Source: Thermoproteota archaeon (GTDB taxonomy: Archaea > Korarchaeota > Korarchaeia > Korarchaeales > Korarchaeaceae). From it: DNA of 64,000 nucleotides. The stretch covers positions 1-64,000 of the forward strand of contig JAOZFG010000004.1 in NCBI GenBank assembly GCA_027491435.1, written 5' to 3'. The position numbers were made by a program, and so were the translations under genes. Below, piece by piece: positions 56,022-64,000 of the stretch. Position 1 is the stretch's first letter; every line of letters starts with the position of its first letter. The notes below the pieces were generated by a model. That model worked only from the letters and a program-made list of their open reading frames with translations. It was not told where the DNA came from and made no database searches.

Positions 56022-56556
56022 AACCCCTCAACAGAAGGCCTAAGGCCTCTCTCTTAACATCCTCCTCCACTCTCACAACAACAGCACCTTCATTCGGTTG
56101 TCCGTAAATTAGAGTGGAGCCCAAAGGTGCGAATATCACCGCTGGAAATCCGAGCAGATCCTCCTCACCCTGTACGAGGAGCGCCGTCTTTAGGCCCATT
56201 CTGGCCAGGTCTATAGAGGCCCTAATCGAGACCCAAGCTTCCCTTGTTATCGTGCCTGCTGGGTTAAAGGTTGACAACATGAGCCTGCCCCTAAATAACC
56301 TTTCTCCGTAGCTAACGGCGGACCTCCTTTCCACCAGATCTACCACAATTACGTCTGGGTCAAACCCCCTGGCTATGGCTTCGAGGGATACCCTATCCCC
56401 CACAGTTATAAGAAAGCCCTCTATATCTTTAATATCCTTCATGATAGGGCCTTTAGGTCTAGATATTTCATCTTTATAATCCGGATTCATTCTAAGATCA
56501 ACCAGTAAATCCAGCGAGAGATCGAGAACGTTATATAGCTCGTCCATGGTCATCAC
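56008..56556 (-). CDS. GTP-dependent dephospho-CoA kinase (DUF359)
   Basis: P.G, TVGD.V, D...RR, NPAG.IT, V.GEEDL, YGQP.EG.V. Confidence 0.9.
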   Translation of the reverse strand: MMTMDELYNVLDLSLDLLVDLRMNPDYKDEISRPKGPIMKDIKDIEGFLITVGDRVSLEAIARGFDPDVIVVDLVERRSAVSYGERLFRGRLMLSTFNPAGTITREAWVSIRASIDLARMGLKTALLVQGEEDLLGFPAVIFAPLGSTLIYGQPNEGAVVVRVEEDVKREALGLLLRGFTPL

Positions 56557-56564
56557 ATGGATTT

Positions 56565-58121
56565 TTGATGGGCAAGATTCTAATACTAGACGCTTTGGCT
56601 GCAGGAAAAGGGGCTAAGAGGTCTGCCATAGACGTCATAGGTGCTGGGCCAAGGACCATAGCGGGAGTGCTCGAATCCCACGGAGTCGAGTACAGGGTAG
56701 CCCGAATCGAAGAATACCTGAACAAGCCCCACAAGTTTGATGGGTACACCGCCCTTCTAGTAAGCGCTATGACCATGGACCTACCATCGGTTAAGAGGGC
56801 CTCCAAGAGGTTCAGGGGGATTAAAGTAGTTGGGGGGCCTATAACCTCGGATCCTCTTGTAGTTCCAAGGGCTGGCTTTGACTTGGGCGTGTGGGGGGAA
56901 GGAGAAAGAGCCCTAGATGAGTTGGTGAAGAGAGGGTTCCTAGAAGGCCTCAGCGAGGACGTGTCAAACCTGGAAAACGTAATTACCAGGGACGGATCCC
57001 TCTCAAAGACCAGGCACTTAACCAAGGAGGAGTACAACAGATATAAACCATCCTCCGTGGCCGTCACCTTCTACAGAAATCCCAGCTACAAAATAGCTAG
57101 GATATACGTGGAAGTGGTCAGGAGCTGCTCTAACTTTAATAGGCCCAAAATAAGGGCGAAGGAGTCGATGTGTCTCATCTGCAACGCTTGCTACGAGCTC
57201 GACCTAAGGAAGAGGCTAATATGCCCACAAGGAATCCCTCCAGGTTGCGGATACTGCTCAATTCCAAGCGTTTATGGCCCACCTAAGTCCCGAAACCTGA
57301 CAATCTTACTGGAAGAGGTAGAAAGCCTGATCAGTTTAGGGGTTAAAAGGCTAGTTCTGAGCGGAGCTGACTTCCTGGAGTACGAACGGGAGTCCCTGGT
57401 TAAAGGCCCCCTAACTCATCCCTCAAATCCGAGACCCAATTTGGAGGCCATAGAGGAGCTGTTATCCTCAATATTCTCCTTAGATGCCGTCTCTAATGGG
57501 GAAGTAAGCATTGAGGTGGAAAATGTAAAGCCATGCTTGGTCGATAAAGAGGTAGCTGATCTGCTGGGGAAGTACTTGGCGGACTCCACTATACACATAG
57601 GTGTAGAGACTGGAGACCCCCATCACGCAGAATTGATCGGCAGGCCGTGCGGCCCGGATAAATCCTTAGAGGCTATAAAGTTGCTTAAGGAGGCTGGGCT
57701 GAGGCCTTATGCATACTTTATCCATAGTCTGCCAGGCCAGACCAAATTAGTTGCTGAGAGAACAATGCACGCTATGAAAAAGGCTTATGAACTTGGGGCA
57801 GAGAAGATAACAGTATACAGGTTCTCTCCGCTGCCTGGGTCAGCATTCCATAAAGAGAGGGTTGTGTACGACGATAACTCTAGAAAAATAGCCAAGTTGG
57901 CCATGACGTTAAACAGAAGACGGAAGGAGGAAATGGTAGGTAAAATCGTGGAGGTGCTGGTGTCCCCCTCCTTGAGGGGCAGAGGGTATTACGGCTATCC
58001 CCTGAGGGGAGGGCCTGCTATACGGATTATCACCAAAAGGAAGCTGAGGGCTGGCGATAAGCTAAGGATAAGGGTGGTGGGCGTATTATCAGATAGGCTC
58101 CTCCTCGGGAAGTTGGATTGA
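56565..58121 (+). CDS. Radical SAM protein with N-terminal B12-binding-like and C-terminal TRAM-like domains
   Basis: VGGP, GEGE, EV.RSCSN...GCGYC (split CxxxCxxC), G.ETG, PGQ. Confidence 0.85.
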   Translation: MMGKILILDALAAGKGAKRSAIDVIGAGPRTIAGVLESHGVEYRVARIEEYLNKPHKFDGYTALLVSAMTMDLPSVKRASKRFRGIKVVGGPITSDPLVVPRAGFDLGVWGEGERALDELVKRGFLEGLSEDVSNLENVITRDGSLSKTRHLTKEEYNRYKPSSVAVTFYRNPSYKIARIYVEVVRSCSNFNRPKIRAKESMCLICNACYELDLRKRLICPQGIPPGCGYCSIPSVYGPPKSRNLTILLEEVESLISLGVKRLVLSGADFLEYERESLVKGPLTHPSNPRPNLEAIEELLSSIFSLDAVSNGEVSIEVENVKPCLVDKEVADLLGKYLADSTIHIGVETGDPHHAELIGRPCGPDKSLEAIKLLKEAGLRPYAYFIHSLPGQTKLVAERTMHAMKKAYELGAEKITVYRFSPLPGSAFHKERVVYDDNSRKIAKLAMTLNRRRKEEMVGKIVEVLVSPSLRGRGYYGYPLRGGPAIRIITKRKLRAGDKLRIRVVGVLSDRLLLGKLD

Positions 58122-58124
58122 ATG

Positions 58125-58198
58125 TGGGGCCGCCGGGATTTGAACCCGGGACCACCAGCGCCCCAGGCTGGCATCCTACCAAGCTAGACCACGGCCCC
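58125..58198 (-). tRNA. tRNA-Pro(GGG)
   Basis: GGGGCCG/CGGCCCC-A; loop CT-GGG-GC. Confidence 0.97.
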
Positions 58199-58295
58199 CT
58201 GGTAGAGGGATCTACCTCACTTTTTAAACACTCACTAATATTTATTAGCTAACAAAGTTAACAAAATTTTTAGAGGGTAATGATGGATCCCATCG

Positions 58296-59003
58296 ATGGA
58301 CCTAAAGATCTCCGTAGTGGTTCCCACATATAACGAGGAAGAAACAATCGGAAGGTGTCTTAACGCTTTACTTAAGCAGGGAATTCATGAGATAATAGTT
58401 GTTGACGGTGGCAGCTCAGATAGGACTGTGGAAATAGCGGAGGAATTAGCAACTAAAGTGGTCTCATCAGAGGAATATGACTCAGTATCCAAGGCCAGGA
58501 AGGAGGGTATAAGGTTGGCTACAGGAGATGTGATAGCCTTTGTCGATGCGGACACTGTCGTCTCCACCACTTGGAGGAAAGGGGTAATAGAAGCTTTCTC
58601 AGACGAGGAGGTCGTAGCAGCTACGGGACCCGCCTACCCGCTCGAGGGAGGGGGGCTCTTAATAAACTTGGGTTACATAATTTCCTACGATTACCTAGTT
58701 AGATTAACCTTACTAATAGGAAGACCCCATTTTATGGGATTTAACTCAGCTTATAGGCATGAAATTATAAGGAATATTGACATTCCTGAGGTTAAGGTCT
58801 CTGAGGACGCCCTGATGTCGATGGCCGCTTACCCAATGGGTAAGATGGTGTTCAATCATAAGATGTCCGTCTACACGTCTTATAGGAGGATAAAGAAAAG
58901 GGGCTGGTCGGAAGCCCTCTTTTACCTGCTCTACAATGGTGTGAAGGTTACCCTGACCGGCAGGCCGTTTCACGAGTACGTGAAGGTCAGCAAGTCGAAA
59001 TAA
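58296..59003 (+). CDS. Glycosyltransferase family 2
   Basis: SVVVP.YNEE, VVDGGS.D.T, F.DAD, ED, S.RR. Confidence 0.92.
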   Translation: MDLKISVVVPTYNEEETIGRCLNALLKQGIHEIIVVDGGSSDRTVEIAEELATKVVSSEEYDSVSKARKEGIRLATGDVIAFVDADTVVSTTWRKGVIEAFSDEEVVAATGPAYPLEGGGLLINLGYIISYDYLVRLTLLIGRPHFMGFNSAYRHEIIRNIDIPEVKVSEDALMSMAAYPMGKMVFNHKMSVYTSYRRIKKRGWSEALFYLLYNGVKVTLTGRPFHEYVKVSKSK

Positions 59004-59027
59004 GTTCGATAAAAGTTATACGTAACA

Positions 59028-59035
59028 TTTATATA
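59028..59035 (+). promoter_or_regulatory. TATA box upstream of tfb
   Basis: TTTATATA about 50 nt before the proposed CTG start. Confidence 0.6.
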
Positions 59036-59086
59036 CATGGACTGTGTAGGTGCTTTCGACGATCTATTAAAGGGGTGGTGGGCTAA

Positions 59087-60070
59087 CTGGCTGAGAAGGT
59101 AGACTCCTCCTCGGGAGAGTATGAAGAGGAGATTAGGTGTCCTAGGTGTGGTAGCACTAATATAGCCGAGGATCCCGATACTGGAAGTTTAGTGTGTCAA
59201 GACTGTGGCCTCATTATAGACGCTTCATCCCTAGACCTTTCCAAGGACTGGAGGGCCTTTGACGCTGAAGAGTACATAGACAGGTCTAGGGCTGGAGCTC
59301 CGGTCACTCCCCTCAGGCCGAGTTATGGTCTAGACACTGACATAACCCTTAGAAGGGGAATAAGCAAGAAGATGGTAAACCAACTCAAGAGGACACAGAA
59401 ACACGTGGCAGACTCCAGGGAGAAGACCGTAGAACCCGCACTAAGGAAGATAAGGGATGCTGCCGAGGCGTTAAACCTTCCTCAAGAGACCGTAGAGGAC
59501 GCCGCTACGCTCTACAGGATGGCTGCCAGGGCCGGATTGGTCAAGGGCAGGAGCATGGACGCCATGGTGGCAGCTACCATATACGCCGCCTGCAGGAGGA
59601 CTGACGTGCCAAGGACACTAGAAGAGGTGTCTCAGTACTTCTCCCTAGAGGAGAAGGAGGTAGGGAGGAGCTTCAGGTTCCTGTTCAGAAAATTAGGGAT
59701 AAAGATACCTCCCCCCAAACCGGAGAACTTCGTCTACCTGATATGCTCCAAGCTAAACCTGCCTGAAGAAATAGCCACACAGGCCATCAGGATAATAAGA
59801 ATAGCCAGAGAAAATGGGGCTACCATGGGTAGGGAGCCTGTAGGCGTTGCAGCCGCTGCGGTGTACATGGCCTGTCAGGAGTTCGGCATACACAGGACTC
59901 AGAGGGAACTCGCTCAGGCGGCTAACGTGACAGAAGTCACCGTTAGGAACAGGTACAAAGAGCTGTTGAACAAAGCTAGGAAAAAATGGCTCGAAGAGCT
60001 CTCAGAAGAGAAGATAAAGATGATAAAAGAGAGAATTTCAAGCAAAATGGGCACCTCTACGGAGACCTAA
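59087..60070 (+). CDS. tfb: Transcription initiation factor IIB (TFB), non-canonical CTG start
   Basis: In-frame Zn ribbon CPRC...CQDC begins upstream of the first GTG (59192); WRAF, R.G.P, GRS..A..AA.IY.ACR, TQRE.A..A.VTEVTVRNRY. Confidence 0.93.
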   Translation: MAEKVDSSSGEYEEEIRCPRCGSTNIAEDPDTGSLVCQDCGLIIDASSLDLSKDWRAFDAEEYIDRSRAGAPVTPLRPSYGLDTDITLRRGISKKMVNQLKRTQKHVADSREKTVEPALRKIRDAAEALNLPQETVEDAATLYRMAARAGLVKGRSMDAMVAATIYAACRRTDVPRTLEEVSQYFSLEEKEVGRSFRFLFRKLGIKIPPPKPENFVYLICSKLNLPEEIATQAIRIIRIARENGATMGREPVGVAAAAVYMACQEFGIHRTQRELAQAANVTEVTVRNRYKELLNKARKKWLEELSEEKIKMIKERISSKMGTSTET

Positions 60071-60110
60071 ACTTTTTTATTGCCGCAGCCCGGCCAACTG
60101 AAGGGGAACC

Positions 60111-60254
60111 ATGTACAAGTGCCTCAGGTGCGGTTACGTCTTCACCAAGAAGGAGATGGAAGATTACTTCAAGGATTTCAAGTGCCCTAGATGTGGGTAC
60201 CGAATACTGATGAAGGTTAGGAGCGAGGAGCCTAAGGTGGTAAAGGCGATCTAA
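60111..60254 (+). CDS. rpoP: RNA polymerase subunit Rpo12 (RpoP) (not in ORF track)
   Basis: MYKCLRCG...FKCPRCGYRILMKVR....KVVKAI, 47 aa. Confidence 0.93.
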   Translation: MYKCLRCGYVFTKKEMEDYFKDFKCPRCGYRILMKVRSEEPKVVKAI

Positions 60255-60255
60255 A

Positions 60256-60822
60256 TTGGAGGAGGCAGAGGAGACCCCCAACAAGTGGTTGGTTAAGGAG
60301 ATCGGCTGGTTCCTGATAGCCCTAGCCGTGCTCTTCGTCTTTATAAAGGTTGGATTACCGCTAATCTTGGGTGTCGAATCCCCGCTTACCGTGGTCACCT
60401 CAAGTTCAATGGAGCCAACTTACAACAAGGGAGACCTACTCATAGTGGTGAAGGCAGATCCTCAGAAGCTTAAGGTTGGTGACGTAATCGTCTTCAACGC
60501 CCCTTGGTCCTCCAAGCCGGTAGTTCATAGGATAGTCAGGATAGAGAATAGGGGAGGGGTTCTCCGATTCTACACTAAGGGGGATAATAACATAGTTCCT
60601 GATCCGGGTTACAGGACGCCTAACGACCTGTATGGGGTGGTTATCTTCCACGTGCCCTTTGTGGGCCAGATCCTGGATTTCACCAAGACCTTAGTCGGCA
60701 GGGCGATCATTATCTCTTTAATAGCTTTTGCCTTTATATACGATTACATAAAGAAGAGGCTTGAGTGGGAGAGTAAAAAGTATACTGTAAAAAGCGAACA
60801 AAGACAGGATGATTTGACCTAA
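60256..60822 (+). CDS. sec11: Signal peptidase I (Sec11-type)
   Basis: V.S.SMEP...GD, VVHR, TKGDNN...D. Confidence 0.94.
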   Translation: MEEAEETPNKWLVKEIGWFLIALAVLFVFIKVGLPLILGVESPLTVVTSSSMEPTYNKGDLLIVVKADPQKLKVGDVIVFNAPWSSKPVVHRIVRIENRGGVLRFYTKGDNNIVPDPGYRTPNDLYGVVIFHVPFVGQILDFTKTLVGRAIIISLIAFAFIYDYIKKRLEWESKKYTVKSEQRQDDLT

Positions 60823-60888
60823 ACTGGGGAGCTAGTATCCATCAGGTACCCTTTTTATATACCCGCAGGTCATTACCAGGGGACTTAA

Positions 60889-61497
60889 ATGTCTAACTCG
60901 GAGCCAGAGCACTCGGATGAGGTCGAAGAGCTCCTTAAAAAACTTCCTGAACCGGAGATTAATATACAAAATGTTGTATCATCAGCAGATATAAAACAGA
61001 AACTTGATCTTAAGGAGATATCCAGGAAAATAAAGAAGTCTAGGTATGATCCGGATAAGTTTCCCGGCCTAGTCCTCAAGTTAGAACAGCCTAAGGCAGC
61101 TCTCCTCTTGTTTAGTAGCGGTAAATTTGTCTGTACTGGCACTAAATCGGTTGAAGAATCTGCAAAGGCCATAATGGCTGCCATAGAGACCCTGAAGAAG
61201 CATGGGATACCCATAACTAGGAAGCCCCTGATCAAGGCCGAGAACATAGTGGCCTCCGCTAAACTTCACGTTAAGGTGAACATAGAGAAGCTAGCCTTAG
61301 ACCTGCCAAATACCCTTTATGAACCTGAGCAGTTTCCGGGTCTCATATTCAGGATGAAAGACCCCGACGTGGTTTTCTTGATATTCGCATCAGGAAGCTT
61401 AGTTTGTACAGGGGCCAAGAAGGAAGCGGACGTAAAAAAGGCGGTATACAAGCTCAGGAGGATTCTAGCTGAAGGCGGCTACCTTATGCTTGATTAA
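60889..61497 (+). CDS. tbp: TATA-box binding protein
   Basis: Two repeats N.V.S...Y.P..FPGL...L.F.SG..VCTG.K; own TATA TTTATATA at 60854-60861. Confidence 0.97.
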   Translation: MSNSEPEHSDEVEELLKKLPEPEINIQNVVSSADIKQKLDLKEISRKIKKSRYDPDKFPGLVLKLEQPKAALLLFSSGKFVCTGTKSVEESAKAIMAAIETLKKHGIPITRKPLIKAENIVASAKLHVKVNIEKLALDLPNTLYEPEQFPGLIFRMKDPDVVFLIFASGSLVCTGAKKEADVKKAVYKLRRILAEGGYLMLD

Positions 61498-61559
61498 TGG
61501 TAGCGGCTTTCAATTCAATTTTTTATTGGGAACCTCCGGAACTCCAATGGTGATTTCTC

Positions 61560-62657
61560 ATGGTAAAGACTACAATCTCCGTTATAAAGGCGGATATAGG
61601 GGGTTTAGCAGGCCACCACGTAGTCCACCCCAGGCTTAAGGAAGTATCTGTAGCAGAACTTACTGCCGCCAAGAAGGACGGGCTCATAGAGGACTTCTAC
61701 GTGACTGCTGTAGGTGATGACCTGCAACTGATCATGACTCATAGGAAGGGAGTAGATAACCCTGAAATACACGAACTGGCCTGGAACGTCTTCAGCAAGG
61801 GCACAGAAGTTGCTAAACAACTTGGTCTATACGGGGCAGGTCAGGACCTATTGAAGGACGCTTTCTCAGGTAACTTAAAGGGGATGGGCCCTGGAGTGGC
61901 CGAGATGGAGTTTGAAGAAAGGCCATCCGATCCAGTGATAGTGTTCATGGCCGATAAAACGGAACCTGGGGCGTTTAACCTGCCTATCTTCAGGACCTTT
62001 GCCGACCCCTTTAATACGGCGGGCCTAGTCATAGATCCCCGGCTTCATGAAGGATTCATTTTCGAAATAATGGACGTGTTTGAGGACAAAGTGGTGGAGA
62101 TGTCCTCTCCTGAGGAGATGTACGATATATTAGCCCTAATAGGCACTACTGGAAGGTACGTCATCAGGAGGGTCTTTAGGAAGTCTGACAGGGAAATAGC
62201 AGCGGTGGTCAGCACCACAAGGCTTAGCCTAATAGCCGGTAAATACGTGGGTAAGGACGATCCAGTCGCCATAGTTAGGGCTCAAAGCGGTTTTCCAGCG
62301 CTAGGTGAAGTATTAGAGCCCTATACTCTCCCCCACCTGGTGGCTGGGTGGATGAGAGGGTCGCACAATGGCCCCTTAATGCCTGTGGGGGAGAAGGACG
62401 CTAGGCCAACTAGGTTCGACGGTCCTCCCAGAGTGATAGCCCTAGGATTCCAGATAAAGAACTCTAAGCTTATAGGACCCAGCGATCTCTTCTCAGATGT
62501 GGCCTTTGATGAGGCCAGAAGGCTGGCAAACGTAATAGCTGACTACATGAGGAGACATGGGCCTTTCATGCCTCACAGGCTTGGGCCCGAGGAGATGGAG
62601 TATACAACCCTACCTAAGGTCCTAGAGAAAATAAAGGAAAGGTTGAAAGAAGCCTAA
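61560..62657 (+). CDS. fbp: Fructose-1,6-bisphosphate aldolase/phosphatase
   Basis: KADIG...GH, GDD, YGAGQDLL.D.FSGN, DKTEPGA.N, Y.GKDDP, GWMRGSH, MRRHGPF.P. Confidence 0.97.
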   Translation: MVKTTISVIKADIGGLAGHHVVHPRLKEVSVAELTAAKKDGLIEDFYVTAVGDDLQLIMTHRKGVDNPEIHELAWNVFSKGTEVAKQLGLYGAGQDLLKDAFSGNLKGMGPGVAEMEFEERPSDPVIVFMADKTEPGAFNLPIFRTFADPFNTAGLVIDPRLHEGFIFEIMDVFEDKVVEMSSPEEMYDILALIGTTGRYVIRRVFRKSDREIAAVVSTTRLSLIAGKYVGKDDPVAIVRAQSGFPALGEVLEPYTLPHLVAGWMRGSHNGPLMPVGEKDARPTRFDGPPRVIALGFQIKNSKLIGPSDLFSDVAFDEARRLANVIADYMRRHGPFMPHRLGPEEMEYTTLPKVLEKIKERLKEA

Positions 62658-63331
62658 ATTTTTACGAAAGGCTCGACTAATTCCTCAATTTTTCTTAATG
62701 GATTAGAGCTCTTTGCAACAGCTGAAGCCACTAGAACGCCATAACTTCCTAACCTAACGGCGGCTGAGACGTCCTCTTCACTGGTAATTCCGGCCCCACA
62801 CAAGACCTTGACGCTAGGATTCACGTCCATAACTGCTTTAACACTTTCAGTAATCACTTCTGGCTTTGCCCTAGATACAGGAATGCCCGTCCCTATAAGC
62901 TCCGGTGGTTCTATCGCCACTGCGTCAGGACCAAAAACTGCTACAGAGGCGCTCTCTTCAGGAGTAGGCGCGCAGACCACCGAAGTAAGGCCAGCTTTTT
63001 TTAAAAGGTCCACAGAGGCCTTTATGTCTTTTAACATCAATTGCCTCTCAGAATGGTTAATTATTGATCCTCGGGCGCCTACAAATTTAATTAGTTCCGG
63101 GGAAATGTGTCCTGTGTGCGCTCCAGGATCCACCGGATCTACGTGTTGAGCGAATATAGGCAAGTCTGTTCTAGAGGCCAGAAAGGTTAGATCGATAAGG
63201 TTGGGAGCTATGCCTATAAGAACGCCCGTTTCCTTCCAGACCCTCTCGGCCTGCCTTACAATGCCTAAAGCCCTCTCACCTACGGCCTGGGGGTAAGCCT
63301 TTAGGTTTATCAAGAGCCTAGGAACCTGCAT
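62654..63331 (-). CDS. tpiA: Triosephosphate isomerase (archaeal type)
   Basis: IN.K.Y, AQH.D, G.HTG, NHSE, EPPELIGTG, GAGI, GVL.AS. Confidence 0.96.
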   Translation of the reverse strand: MQVPRLLINLKAYPQAVGERALGIVRQAERVWKETGVLIGIAPNLIDLTFLASRTDLPIFAQHVDPVDPGAHTGHISPELIKFVGARGSIINHSERQLMLKDIKASVDLLKKAGLTSVVCAPTPEESASVAVFGPDAVAIEPPELIGTGIPVSRAKPEVITESVKAVMDVNPSVKVLCGAGITSEEDVSAAVRLGSYGVLVASAVAKSSNPLRKIEELVEPFVKI

Positions 63332-63370
63332 AGGTTTGGGATCTACCACAAATTTAATAAGGTGATTGGC

Positions 63371-64000
63371 TTGAGGATTAGGCCGGAATGCTTTTATTGT
63401 ATTTTCAGGGTCTTGAACAAAGAAGCCAGGCTTTTCAACTTGGATGGCGTGAACTTTGCCAAAAAATTCTTGAAGGAGGCTGCAAAGACCATAGATTCAG
63501 TGGTCACGCCGGCTGACATTGCTTACTTAAGGGAGTCCGTCCTCAAGGAAATACTCAACGAGGAAGACCCCTTCAAAGAGATAAAAAAAGAGAGATTGAG
63601 GAAGGTCTCCAAAGAGATAGCCCCAATTATAGAAAGGGAGCTAAAAAATCTGCCTGAGGGCTTCCACAGGTTTAGGTGGCTGGCCCTGAATGCAGCGTCC
63701 ATCAACGGGTACGAAGTCCCGTTGCACAGCGAGGGACCCGTAGAAACTTTTATCAACACCGTGAAAAAGGGATTGGCCATAGATAACACAGAAGAAGCCT
63801 TTGACATCCTCACTAGAACCTCTAGAGGGGAGTACGTGGTATACATACTCGATAACGCCCACGAATTCCCGGTGGACAGGTTGCTGATTAGGTACGTCAT
63901 GGGCTTAGGGAAGTCGGTTTACGTCTTCGCAAGAGGCAAGCCCGTGGCCGATGATATAACAAAAAGGGAAGTGCTCGAGCTGGATCCTGGACTAGAGGTC
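63371..64000 (+). CDS. DUF89/ARMT1-like damage-control phosphatase homolog (partial; runs off window end)
   Basis: Manual translation from TTG after GGTGA: MRIRPECFYC, DPF..IK, LAIDN, YILDNA.E..VD, P...D.T; open to the window end. Confidence 0.72.
   Translation, partial: MRIRPECFYCIFRVLNKEARLFNLDGVNFAKKFLKEAAKTIDSVVTPADIAYLRESVLKEILNEEDPFKEIKKERLRKVSKEIAPIIERELKNLPEGFHRFRWLALNAASINGYEVPLHSEGPVETFINTVKKGLAIDNTEEAFDILTRTSRGEYVVYILDNAHEFPVDRLLIRYVMGLGKSVYVFARGKPVADDITKREVLELDPGLEV

Noticed and set aside
59986-60398. Track ORFs 59986-60210 (+) and 60057-60398 (-)
   Set aside because: The region is better explained by rpoP (60111-60254) and sec11
1-64000. CRISPR arrays, rRNA, IS elements, tRNA introns, selenocysteine/pyrrolysine read-through
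   Set aside because: No regularly spaced repeats, rRNA-like tracts or transposases; all seven tRNAs fold without introns; I saw no in-frame stop interrupting a conserved gene

Overview
A gene-dense (~50% GC) core chromosomal segment of a (hyper)thermophilic archaeon. Rpo8, two TFB-family genes, a CdpB-like PRC-barrel protein, an OapA/ArvA GTPase, intron-less tRNAs and heavy TTG start usage point to a Korarchaeia-like lineage (inference). The window holds the exosome/proteasome/RNase P superoperon, ribosomal and translation-factor clusters, cdc6-rfcL-rfcS, GINS-MCM(intein)-Hel308, tfb-rpoP-sec11-tbp, tRNA-modification, lipid and gluconeogenesis genes, and 7 tRNAs. I found no CRISPR array, rRNA, IS or provirus. 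Signals outside the ORF track or ordinary annotation: (1) a tight three-gene unit encoding a Zn-ribbon-less TFB/cyclin-fold paralog, a 48-aa coiled-coil microprotein and a membrane-anchored HerA/CedB-like ATPase; (2) a box C/D guide sRNA whose D guide predicts Cm34 on the tRNA-Leu(CAA) encoded in this same window; (3) a TFB that needs a non-canonical (most likely CTG) start, plus a probable ATA start on an M20 gene; (4) several apparent pseudoenzymes in one operon; (5) a perfect 20-bp palindrome and a structured leader between geranylgeranyl reductase and a small wHTH gene; (6) an arvA-arvC pair with no arvB; (7) an MCM intein with a decayed LAGLIDADG domain and an XRE-type HTH; (8) a tRNA-Gly(UCC) with C33. 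All calls come from manual motif recognition; no database searches were run.
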